DNA of 64,000 nt from Flaccisagitta enflata (taxonomy: Eukaryota). Below, piece by piece: positions 1 to 10,930 of the stretch. Under the pieces are notes generated by a model. It was not told where the DNA came from, did no database searches, and saw nothing but the letters and a program-made list of their open reading frames with translations. Each line of letters starts with the position of its first letter. Positions within the stretch are counted from its first letter, which is position 1. Both the position numbers and the translations under genes were made by a program. The stretch covers positions 17,236,001 to 17,300,000 of the forward strand of contig OZ231126.1 of assembly GCA_965153355.1 (NCBI GenBank). The letters run 5' to 3'.

Positions 1-5
1 TGGCG

Positions 6-1457
6 TTGTTACCTTCATCCGCTTCGGGTTTTATCGAGCAAAGACGTGGTCCTTCCTCTTTAGCATCTTCCTTGCCAGCCTCAGCCCGTGGAGGTGCCAT
101 CAGAATGCTCCCATCATCTCGGTCATCTCCCAGACACGTTCCTTCATCTTCTCGGCATTCTCATTGTTATCACCTTCAACATCATCCCAAAGGAACTTCC
201 TCTACTTCGTTTTTGTCCCGTTTGAGTCCGTTGGTGAAAGACGCGTTCATTTCGGGGGTTTTGACTCTCATGTCTTTCGTCACTTTTTGTATTGGGGTCG
301 TTTTATTGTTTCTGGAAAAGGACAATAAAGCTTCTGCCGCTGCTGCCGCAGCAACAGACACGGCGTCGTCGGGGGCTTCCTCTTCCTCTTTGTCAACTTC
401 TTCAAGATTAACTGACGGAGTTTCAGCTTCTGATCCTTCTTCCTCCTCAACTTCTTCAACCGAAAGTAGACTGTTAACAGGCGATCTCTATCGCAACATG
501 AAAGCTTCCAACACGGCGATTGTATCATTCGTCGTCGCTCTCAGTTGTTTCTCTTTCTTCGTCCACGGCAGCATTTTGTTACTCTCTTCTTCTCTCATCA
601 GTTCTTCCGCATCCGCCGCCTCTTTCTCCGTGTCTTCCTCTTCATCTTCTCCCTCACGTCGGAGGCAGCAGAGACGACGTGGGGGCGTTGGGGGCGATGG
701 TGCCTCCGGCCTCGTCGGAAGTCGGTTTTACCGCGCCACGTCGACGCTGCGGTTTTTCGCCACTCTCAGCTTCCTGTTGGCGTTGCCGATTCTGATGTTG
801 GCGGTGGCGATTCGCGTGACGTTGGAATTCCGGTCTCTCATCGCCGTCATCGTCGTCGCAGTAGTGGTCGTCGCGTTTCTCTTCAGTCTTTGCTTCGTTT
901 GCCATTTGGTGCGTTTGTGGCGAAATGGCAGACGAGGTGCAAGGTTGAGTGGGGGCGGCGGTGGTAGTGCAGATGGTGTTGATGACGATGATGCCGGTGG
1001 TGACGATTATGACGATGAAGATGACGATGAAGAGGATCCGTACAGCGAGTTTAGAGGAGGTAGTCAAGCTGTTCGTGGAGGACGAAGGAATGCTGGAAGC
1101 GGCGCAGTTGTTGGCGGAGGTGCTGCTGGTGGCGGAAATAGAGGAAGAAGAGAAGGAGTTGGTGGAGGTCGTCGAGGTGACGGAGGTGAAACTGTGGAAA
1201 ATTCCTTCACAAAGTACCGTCTTTTTGATACGTCAGAGTCTGTTGTTAGCGAAGTTGCAACAACAATGACGACGATGACAAATTTGACGACTGTTAACCC
1301 AGGAGAACAAAAACGAAAGTTACAACAAGTGCAACAGCCATCGCAACAAAAACAACAACAACAACAACAACCAACACAAAAAAATGAACAGGATCAAAAG
1401 CGCGAAACGCCGGTGCAAACTTCAAAACTCTCTAACGAGCTGTCAACTCTGGTTTGA
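6..1457 (+). CDS. TMEM221: TMEM221/Jiraiya-like four-transmembrane protein (5' end may lie outside the window)
   Basis: The ORF is 483 aa and uninterrupted, with four hydrophobic helices (FISGVLTLMSFVTFCIGVVLLFL; AIVSFVVALSCFSFFVHGSILLL; FFATLSFLLALPILMLAVAI; LIAVIVVAVVVVAFLFSLCFV). The segment RFYRATSTLRFFATLSFLLALPILMLAVAIRVTLEF and the C-terminal STLV resemble the Jiraiya/TMEM221 family as I recall it; no search was run. The frame is open to the window edge and the first ATG is at 105. Confidence 0.7.
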   Translation: MLPSSASGFIEQRRGPSSLASSLPASARGGAIRMLPSSRSSPRHVPSSSRHSHCYHLQHHPKGTSSTSFLSRLSPLVKDAFISGVLTLMSFVTFCIGVVLLFLEKDNKASAAAAAATDTASSGASSSSLSTSSRLTDGVSASDPSSSSTSSTESRLLTGDLYRNMKASNTAIVSFVVALSCFSFFVHGSILLLSSSLISSSASAASFSVSSSSSSPSRRRQQRRRGGVGGDGASGLVGSRFYRATSTLRFFATLSFLLALPILMLAVAIRVTLEFRSLIAVIVVAVVVVAFLFSLCFVCHLVRLWRNGRRGARLSGGGGGSADGVDDDDAGGDDYDDEDDDEEDPYSEFRGGSQAVRGGRRNAGSGAVVGGGAAGGGNRGRREGVGGGRRGDGGETVENSFTKYRLFDTSESVVSEVATTMTTMTNLTTVNPGEQKRKLQQVQQPSQQKQQQQQQPTQKNEQDQKRETPVQTSKLSNELSTLV

Positions 1458-1475
1458 GGTGACCTCGTCGATGCT

Positions 1476-1609
<134 letters not shown>

Positions 1610-2063
1610 CTTTTTTTCTTCAGTGAAAACTTTTCCACGTATCTTGTGCGTCTTACGCCTCATGAAATATTCGCATTCATCAATCACTGCCGCCCACTGG
1701 ACAAATCAAAAGAAATAAAAAACAAGGCACACCTGGAAACTGCCGAACTCTAACTCGGGGATGAAACCTTCCATGACGTTACCAACTTCCTTAGATGAGG
1801 ATGAAACTCAGTTTTATTACGTGATTAAACGCATTTAAAAGCATTAAAAATTCTGTATACATTTTTGATGTTAGAATCACCATTTGTTTTTGTTCGTTGC
1901 TTTTACGTATATGATATTTAGCGATCAAGCATGCAACATTTTGGTTGTTAAGAATTGTGAATGCGCACATTGTTAAAAATGTGATTAAGGGGAAAAAATA
2001 TGATAAAGAAAAAAAAAGATCAATAAAAAAAAAGGCCGATGACTTATCGATCAATTCCATTTT

Positions 2064-2199
2064 TTAGTCGCGGACTCACGACTCTACACCTTGCCGTTTC
2101 GGTCGGTAGGTCTGTCCGTCCGTCCGAAATATTTTTGAATTGCAAGCGGCTTTTGCACTATTTCTCCTGCCCAACCGTCCGCGACTGGATCGCCTTGTT
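2064..2199 (+). mobile_element. Helentron-associated (HINE/DINE-1-like) non-autonomous element
   Basis: Starts in a T-run with the AGTCGCG..CGACT hairpin, has a GTCY microsatellite core and ends CCGCGACTGGAT..GCCTTGTT. The same architecture recurs many times in the window. Confidence 0.7.
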
Positions 2200-2811
2200 T
2201 CTCTCGTAACATTACTTTTGTTATTTCGCATCAACATACTTACAACATATACATATACATTAACATAGTTTACTTTGTCAAATCAAGTGTTATGATTCCC
2301 CAAGAGAGGAAAAATTCCGATCAAATCAGTCGAATTTTCTTTCTTTCATCATCTAACTTGAAATTCCATCATTTTCAATTAAAATATTCATATTTGGTAT
2401 CTAGCAATTTAATTTGCACCAATTCGTGTTGAAGTCGAACTAGCCTTGGCATTGTCATACACATTACCAATGCTATATATGCACTGATTTTTCCAAAATG
2501 AATTGATGATGGAATGAGATATCGTTAAAACTTAAAGGTAATGAACGGCTGAGCACTGCTTGTCAGCGCTAACACGTGAAGGCAGATTGACATCCGGTTT
2601 CCTTCGATTTTCTTTTGTTGAGTCGTATGGAATTATCGCGGTAGTATTCCCTGTAGTGTGACGAGATGGTATTCGATTCCATCCAACAAACAGAAGTCTC
2701 ATGTGGCACCTATAACGTCATAACATGGGTGGGGGTGGAATCGTTCGCTTGTTTCACATCCGATTATTCATTATTAGCTTTTATTTTACCTTAGATTTCT
2801 TTTTTCTCTTT

Positions 2812-3008
2812 TTAGTCGCGTGCACGCGACTCTACAACCCGCTTTGTCCGTCGGTCGGTCGGTTGGTTGGTTGGTCGGTCGGTCATGTTTTACTTTTTTT
2901 TACGATTTTTTTTTTACCCCACTGCCTTTGCCTAAATGGTCTGGTGACCTCAAGTATGGCCCCTGCCCACGCGCACGCGACTTCGGTAGCCGTGTATCCA
3001 GCCTTTTT
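2812..3008 (+). mobile_element. HINE/DINE-1-like element
   Basis: 5' hairpin TTTAGTCGCGTGCACGCGACT, (GGTC/GGTT)n core, 3' copy of GCACGCGACT, then the GCCGTGTATCCAGCC stem-loop and a T-run. Confidence 0.75.
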
Positions 3009-3710
3009 TTCTTCTTGCGTTAATATCCTGCCAGCGTTATCTTTCGATAAATACTTAAAAGTAATCTGAGCACTTTATGACTTATTCTAATAAGACAGCA
3101 CAACTACAATTGTCCACGTGTACTGCCTGAGAAACGAGTTTGTCTATTTCTTTAACAAAAGGATAAATCAGATTCTAAGTAGACGCCGAGATGAACCCAC
3201 AGTGTCGGAAATTGAGAAACTCTTATGAACTTATGCCATATTCAATGTAAGGTAAATAAATGTTTGTTTGTTTTTTTTTTTTTCTCAAAATATTATTTCT
3301 GAACTGTTTTTTTTCATGACCCCATCCCTTTTTTATTTGTTCATAATAACTTCATATTGGATGCACTTATTTCTCAGGTTGAAAATTCTCGACGCTTTTG
3401 TGTAAATATTAACTTAATTTATTCTACAAATTAAAAAGATAAAAAGTTCCATTTCATACAACTTTTCCATGGTTCTCGCTTGTATGTACTTCGTCGATAA
3501 ATTAGACTTCCATCAAAGCTAATTACCGAAGCATGAAGTAGCAAAAGTGATGAGGAAGAGCCAAGTCAAAAACTCACGTTTTCGATAAAATTGCACACGC
3601 CCCAGAGAGCAATGGTAGTAGTTAGAGAAGTCATAACAAGCTTCTTACAAAAGAAGCTAAAGACGGCATTTTGTCCCACTAATAGAAACCTTCAGAATAA
3701 CAACTAAGAA

Positions 3711-4425
3711 GAACAAGTAACGCGGGGTCACAATATTGTTGCGGACGGGTGGGCAGGAGCGTCCAACCCTCATCTCTACCCCAACTCCCAACACACACAT
3801 AAACTTACACGAAAAGTGTCTAAAATGCTCATTTTTGGGCAACAACCCCGAAGGGGTTGATATCCTATGCTTTCACACAGGGGAAGTTTCTCCTTCTCCT
3901 TCTTCTCCTTCTTTGTCCCCCACCTCCGACCTCCAGGCCCATATCTCAGCTTCGAGGCCCATATCCCAGCCTTGAGGCCCAAATCCCAGTTTTGAGGCCC
4001 AAATCCCAACCTCAAGTACCAAATCCCATCTTAAGGCCAAAATCCTATCTTTGAGGCCCAAATCCCAGCCTCAAGGGATTTGGGCATTAAGACTGGGATT
4101 TGGGCCTCAAGGCTGGGATATGGGCCTCAAGGCTGAGAAATGGGCCTGGAGGTTGGGGGAGGGGGGACGGAGGAGAAGGAGAAGGAGGAGAAGGAGAAAA
4201 TTTAGCTGTGTGAAAGCATAGGTCATCGATCCCTTCGGGGCCGCTGCCCTGCTCCTACCCTCAAATACAATCATGACCTACCTAAGCAGGGCACGGGTAC
4301 GGCTGACCACCTAACGCTTTTGCGACTATTCCACTTTTCGACATGGTGACCCCGGACCAATGGACGAACCGACGGATCAATGGATGGAGAAAGCCTCTCA
4401 TAGAGTTGCGTGTCCAAAACTAAAA
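3711..4425 (-). mobile_element. HINE-like element with a second element nested at about 3833-4330
   Basis: The outer family (AACAAGT.ACGCGGGGTCACAATATTGTTGCGGACGGG ... TAGAGTTGCGTGTCC..AACTAAAA) is split by a GGGCAGCGGCCCC-family element with about 20-bp GAGGCCCAAATCCCAGCCT repeats in both orientations. Confidence 0.7.
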
Positions 4426-4554
4426 ATGATTGGAGCGAGGGACAGATGGACAGACGGACCAGCAAAGTGACTTGTGGAGTCATGTAGCTCGCAACCAAGG
4501 CATAATTGTCAAATCAGATTTGCATCATTCCCATATTTTTGGGCCATTCTTCCT

Positions 4555-5255
4555 TTTCGGGCAGTGGCCCCAAAGGGTTGATATCCTGTAGGACACAGGG
4601 ATGAATTTCCAGATGTCTGTACATATGTAAATCCTCTCCCATTAGAGGCTGCTCAAGCCCCTCTTGGGCCTCTAATTAGCCCTCTTGGACCCCAAATCAA
4701 CCCTCTCATATCCAAAGTTTGCCCTTCTACATCCAAAATTAGTCCTCGGGCTCAAATTCAGCCTACCCAGGCCTAGAATTAACCCTCTCAGATCCCAAAT
4801 ACCTTGTTTAAAGCAATCAAATGCCCTCAAATTTGCCCTCTCACCTCCATGTCCTGTTCTCATTCCAATTTTTCAGCTAATCACTTTAAGTAGGGCATCG
4901 GTACCGCTGACCATGTGCGATCCTTGGATGACTATTCTCAATGCCCTTTTGTTCGTTTGTTCTTACGTCCCCCCCAGGCCCTCTCAGGCCTGAAATCAGT
5001 CCTCTCAGGCCTATACCCTGTCCTCTCAGGCCTTAAATCTGCCTTCTCAGATTCAAGGCCTGAGAAAGCAGATTTCAGGCCTAAGAAGGCAGATTTCAGG
5101 TCTGAGAGGGCAGATTTCAGGCCTGAGAGGCCCTAGGGGGACGGACATATGGACGAACAAACGAACAAAATTCCCCCTGTGTTCTACAGGACTTCGTCCT
5201 CTTTGGGGCCGCTGCCCTGCCTCCTCTCATTCCAATTTACAACCATGCAAAGCGT
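4555..5255 (+). mobile_element. Two adjacent GGGCAGCGGCCCC-family elements with 21-bp CTCTCAGGCCT repeats
   Basis: Share the GGCCCC.AAGGG..TCCTGTAG.ACACAGGG start, internal 21-bp repeats and GGGCCGCTGCCCTGC / GGTACCGCTGACCA ends. Related copies at 11115-11305, 14638-15120 and 18121-18749. Confidence 0.65.
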
Positions 5256-5465
5256 GACGATCGTCCTCAAAGATTTTGTTATCGCGCTCAAAGCGTTGGT
5301 TATGTGTGAGCGTATTTTAACATGAGTAACTATAGGTTACGCAACTATAAGTTACGGTCGATTTTTTAACTTGAAGTAACGGAACATTAAGTTACGGAAG
5401 CGGTCGATTTTTTCCTCGAGATTTGCAAAAATGGATATTTTTTGCTCGAGCTTGAAAAAACCATA

Positions 5466-5945
5466 CACTTTTCATATAAGAACAACACTTTTTTTGCAAG
5501 CCACTTATGTTTTTAAATTTTTTGTAGTATCAAGGCTTAAATGCTTTTAGATTATTCTTGATTTAAACGCAGTTTTCAACCTTTAATTAAGAATGTTCTT
5601 AATTGGTTCGAGTTTGTCTTCTAGGAGAAAATGAAGGAAAATGTCAATAAAACTACAAAGCAGCAGGTTTAAACGTTGTAAGTAAATCTCAAAAACAATG
5701 AAAATGCTGTAAAAACAAAACAATTTAGTGAATTTACATAATTATATCCAAGTTTATTATTTTCATTGAAAAAAAAGGGCTTTCTAATATTCTTAGCATG
5801 TTCTTAAATTTTTTATATTTTAAGCTTATGGTCTTAAATTTTTAAAGATATAAAGTTTTCTAATATTCTTAGCATGTTTTAAAATTTTTGAGGATTTTCA
5901 GCCTAACATTTTTATAAACTTGGTTCTTATAAGAAAAAAAAAGTG
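5466..5945. mobile_element. Tc1/mariner-type MITE
   Basis: TA|CACTTTT..TATAAGAAC ... GTTCTTATAAG..AAAAGTG|TA terminal inverted repeats with TA target duplication. Confidence 0.7.
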
Positions 5946-5997
5946 TATCGATTTTTTCTTCGTTTATAAATTTATGTAGACGTTGCGGTTGTTTTCG

Positions 5998-6146
5998 TTT
6001 TTAGTCGCAGGCACGCGACTCTACACCTTGCCGTGTCGGTCCGTCCGTCGTTCGATCGGTCGGTCCGAAATGTTTTTGAATTGCGAGCGGTTTTTGCATT
6101 ATTGCCCAACCGTCCGCGACTGGATTGCCGTGTATCAGGCCTTGTT
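5998..6146 (+). mobile_element. HINE/DINE-1-like element
   Basis: Same family as 2064-2199. Confidence 0.75.
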
Positions 6147-6210
6147 CAACGAAGAGAGTTGAATTTTATCAACTAACTAGGCTGTCACGTGAGAAAATGG
6201 GATTTATCAG

Positions 6211-6365
6211 AACAAGGCCGGATACACGGCAATCCAGTCGCGGACGGTTGGGCAGGAACAGTAATGCGAAAACCGCTCGGAATTCAAAAATGTGACGGAC
6301 GGACGGACGGAGCTACCGACCGACCGACACGGCAAGGTGTAGAGTCGCATGTCTGCGACAAAAAA
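6211..6365 (-). mobile_element. HINE/DINE-1-like element
   Basis: Reverse-orientation copy of the 5998-6146 family (AACAAGGCCGGATACACGGC ... GTAGAGTCGC). Confidence 0.75.
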
Positions 6366-6774
6366 CAAAGACGATATGATTATGGGATATGGGATATGGA
6401 ATATGGGATATGGGTGGGGTTAGTATCCCTACTTACAATTTGGCATATATGCGAGCAGTGGATACATATGAGGGAAAGCAATGTAAAAGGATTGAGGCGT
6501 TGAATCGCCGCATAAAGTCATTCGCCCTGCTAAGATTCAAGATCTACGAGTTTATAATTTTTTTTCGGCGTGAAGAAAAAAGAAAAACGACTTGAAGATT
6601 CAGGAGTACCTACAGACGGGAATTCTTCAAACATTTACGCGGAGATATTTCAGGTATCAAAAGAAATGATGAGATCAGTCTATCTGTCGAGTGCATTGGT
6701 ATTGATTTATCGTCACATAGTTTATATATGTGGACATATATTACTACAGAGAGCTAAGGAGAGCAAAAGTGAGA

Positions 6775-6835
6775 GCCAGAGAGCGAGTGCAAGTGGGAGT
6801 GCGAGTGCGAGTGCGAGTGCGAGTGCGAGAGCGAG

Positions 6836-6892
<57 letters not shown>

Positions 6893-6907
6893 TAGATTCT
6901 TGGAGAC

Positions 6908-6950
<43 letters not shown>
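6775..6950. repeat. (GAGTGC)n and (GA)n microsatellites
   Basis: Direct reading. Confidence 0.95.
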
Positions 6951-6953
<3 letters not shown>

Positions 6954-8235
6954 TAACAAGCACAAACGAAGGGACTTAGACAGTGTCACAGAAAAACAGA
7001 CGTGGTAATGATAAGAAACTGAGAATTGAGAAACCTGCGCTTTTTTTTTCATTCTGCTCATAAGAATCACAAACCCCACCAAATCGATAGCGAAATAGAT
7101 TCTACGCTGCGGTGCGCTTATGTGGACGGTCGACAGCAATCAAGAATAAAACGGCTCTACTGTAGTTGAAGAGGTTCTTATTCCTGAGACAAGCAAAATA
7201 TGTACATCTTGTGACGCACATGATAATATTCTTAGTCGCGGGTTTCGCAATTCTACGACTCGCTTTGTACCTCTGTCGGTTCGTCTTTCTGTCAGTGTCC
7301 ATACCCCTTTTAATTTTTTGCCGTTTTTATCGATGCAGAATAACAAACGGACAAAAAAATAATCTCTTTTATATTCCGCATTATCATGCAGGTGCCCTTG
7401 GACGCGGAATTCCTGCAGCCTTTTGTCAAGGCTTTGAATTGAGCTTGGAAGTTGCCGAATAGACGATGGCGCGACTTCAACACCCGCCGACATTCACCAA
7501 CCTCTAATTCAAACTCAATCACACAATCAGGTTTCTTGGGCGTGAAATCTTTCTAAAATTCATAACGTCTTACGGCCTCTGCCATGACCTCATTGCGTTT
7601 AGTCGCTTGAAACTTTCTGGTGAATCTTTAAAATAGCTTATGCCCGTTTCATAAGTCGTAACAAACGTTATCTTGATAGTCGGTTGTGCTGTTATGCTGT
7701 TTTTGGCAAGATTCGAGATTTGCTGGGCCAACTATAAGAAATATGTCCACACCCTGTCACACTGATAATAATCATAATACACTTACACAGAGGGATATTG
7801 CTAACTCTGGAATGATGAAGTGCTATTTCTATGGCGCATGAACTGAAAAAAAAGTACTAAAACACCCATAGATAGATTTTTCTCTATGAATCAATGAAAT
7901 ACTGATGTCTCTAAGTGTGGACATATTTCTCATAGTTGGCCCAGCGACTCTCAAATCATACCTTTCACATTTTCGCTTTCGAACGAAGCAATGCTGGCAA
8001 AAGATGGGAAAAGCAGTAAAGACCGAACAAGGCCAAGTGCCCTGTTTATCGAATTACTTTTATTATTGTGTAGGTGGCATGTTTCCTCAACTTCCTAGGC
8101 TGCGGTGTAAGAGACCCCTCTTGGCGGAATGTTCAATCAACGCTACAATTGGTACATTCAGCGCAACAACAAAGGATGACATGGTTTGAAAGTTCGAAAC
8201 AAACATGACAGACAAGAGACCAAAATTGACTCATA

Positions 8236-8302
<67 letters not shown>

Positions 8303-8616
8303 TGCGGTTACTTTGCAGCAATCTTTTCTGCGCCAGGGGATGCGAACGCTTGCTTTAATTCCATACATGCTGCGTGTAACTTAGACGCAGTTGACAGTTG
8401 TAGGTTACAGTTGTATCATTTCTACACAGTAAACTATTCTAAAGAATTAGTTTTTAAGAACATAATGCTGAACCCTGAAATTAAGAATCTTATAGTTGAT
8501 TTGCTAGTGGCTATCTCTGTCTCATTTTTAAAGGCTTAAGAAAAAAAGACGTTCTTAAAAGAATAATATTGTATGATGTTTTAAAAGGGAGAGAATTTTG
8601 GATATTCTGGAGGCTC

Positions 8617-8665
<49 letters not shown>

Positions 8666-9142
8666 GAGACAGAGACAGAGACAGAGACAGAGACAGAGAC
8701 AGACAGTGACTGAAAAAAAAACGGATAGCATAAAGTTGACTGTTAAGGGGTCAACATTGACGTCCGCATAGAAGATTGTACCTTGCTGCAATAATTGATT
8801 GAAATAAAAAGTGTTGCATTGTTAATATGTCTCTTTTAATTCTTGGTGTATCGATGTCATGACTCATGGTCGCCCGGTTGAGTTAGAAAGGTGTATGACA
8901 AAGCAGCGGGTATCTCACATTTCATTGCTGCCAAGGCTTTTTTACGTTTCATTTAGCTAGTTAGTTTTCGTGTCCTGGATGTAGAATGTTTCGTCTAGGT
9001 TTCGCAATTTTGTCCAGGACACGGTAAAGAGCAAAACTTATCTATCAATAGTTTTCTAATGTTTTGCTGCCAGCTCTAAGACCGTACGGGTCAAAATTTC
9101 GTATGGTAGAAAGGAAATCAAGAAGAAGGAGAAGAAGAAAAA

Positions 9143-9612
9143 GAACCAGTGACGCAAGGTCACAATATTGTTGCGGACGGGTGGGCAGGGGCATCCAACT
9201 CCCATCCAACACCCCACTACACACACACAGTATCTAAAACGCTTGTTTTTAGATGCGTCCGACAGGAACGCATCTCTATAAGAGAATCTGTCCGTCCGTC
9301 GGTCCGTCCGTCCGTCCGTCCGTCCGTTACGCCTGTGCAAAAAACGCGTTTCTCGGCTGTTTTTGGCCACAGTGACATCCTACACTGAAACAAATGATCA
9401 GCCAACATGTTTTGAGAGTCTTTTCACCCTTCTGTTCGTCCATCTGTCTCACCATGCATATGTCACATGATCAATACACGCTGAGACACAGTCCGGACGC
9501 ATCGTTGCACGGTCGGGCTTGTTCCACTTTTTAACTCGATCATCATGGACCCACGGACGAACCGAGCAACGGATGGACAAAGCTTCTTATAGAGTTGCGT
9601 GTCCGCAACTAA
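9143..9612 (-). mobile_element. HINE-like element with another family nested at about 9248-9522
   Basis: The outer GTTGCGGACGGGTGGGCAGGGG family is interrupted in a T-run by a TTTAGATGCGTCC..ACGCATCTCTATAAGAG element with a (CCGT)n core. Confidence 0.7.
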
Positions 9613-9639
9613 AGAGAAAAACAAAGAGAAAAAGGAGAA

Positions 9640-9760
9640 GAGGAAGAAGAAGAAGAAGAAGAAGAAGAAGAAGAAGAAGAAGAAGAAGAAGAAGAAGAAG
9701 AAGAAGAAGAAGAAGGAGGAGGAGAAGAAGGAGAAAGAAGAAGAAGAAAAAGAAAAAAAA
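9640..9760. repeat. (GAA)n microsatellite
   Basis: Direct reading. Confidence 0.95.
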
Positions 9761-10269
9761 CGAGAACAAGTAAAAGAAGAAAACGAAGAAAACGAAAACA
9801 AGAAGAAAACAAAAAAATGGAAAACAAAAACAAGGCCCTCATCCTTGTTTTTCAGTTTGGGTATAATGAGGGAATCGACAGGCAAACACAAAGTCAAGTA
9901 GAAACATTGACAGACAGACAGAAAAACAGACAGACAGACAGACACGTAAGCTGAACGGACAGAGGTAAACAAGGCCAAGTAGGCCAACGATGCGTCCTCT
10001 TTGAATGAATGTTTTTTTATGAATGAATGTTTTTTTTATGAATGAATGTCATTTATGAATGAATGAATGATTGAATGAATGAATTACTTGATGTATGCTT
10101 CTTTTACTGGGTTAGAACCGCTTTTCTGCTGAAAAAATGCTTGATTTTGATGTTTTTAATGAATGCGTTACCGACCAACCAACCAACCAACCAACCAACC
10201 GACCAACCAACCAACCGACCGACGGACAGAGCCTATTATAGAGATGCGAGGACGCATCTAAAAAGAAAC

Positions 10270-10930
10270 TGGAATTGATCTGAAAAGACTTCAAAGGGTC
10301 ATTGTCAATCTCATTTGCATATTGCACCTCAATAGTGGCCTAGAAAAAAGACTTCTTGAATGTTCCTTTTTTAAGGCATGGATGGGTCTCTCAAAGATCA
10401 TTTGTCCATAAGCCTAACAATCAAGTCCATCTCTTTATATCTGCAACGCTTAAGAGTCATTCCACTACTGGACCACTACTATATAGGAATTCATTTTGCT
10501 CCTAACAGTCTAAGACAAAAAAAAAGGTAAATAAAACGTTTTTGAAAACCTTAGATAATTATGCTATTTCTAAAAGGGTGTAAATCTTCCCATTAGACAA
10601 CCAATTATACCAGTCTACGCCCTTTACACCCTGGCTTGTTGAATAATGAGATGAATAAGGAGGTAAAGCACCTTTCGTTTGCCCTCCATCTCTTTATTAG
10701 ACATATTATACAGATAAAACAGTGCAAAAGACTGAGAAGGGTCTCTAAATTTCATTTGCATATTGCAGCTCTACAGTGTCCTAAAAAAACTTCCTGAATG
10801 TCATTATTTAAGGGGCATTGATTGGTCTCTAATAGATCTATTAGTACAACCATCAAGTCCATCCCTTGATATCTGCAAGTGAATGCATTATTGGATCACC
10901 AAAAACCAACAAAAACATTCACCTTTGCAA
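10270..10930 (-). repeat. Two diverged units (about 440 bp period) of the octamer-containing repeat, reverse orientation
   Basis: ATTTGCAT at 10313 and 10754, each followed by ATTGCA.CTC.A.AGTG.CCTA.AAAA..CTTC.TGAATG ... ATCAAGTCCATC.CTT.ATATCTGCAA. This is the reverse complement of the units at 13956-18900. Confidence 0.85.

Noticed and set aside
280-1269. Short ORFs overlapping the first gene in other frames or on the other strand
   Set aside because: Shadow ORFs of a GC-rich, low-complexity coding sequence.
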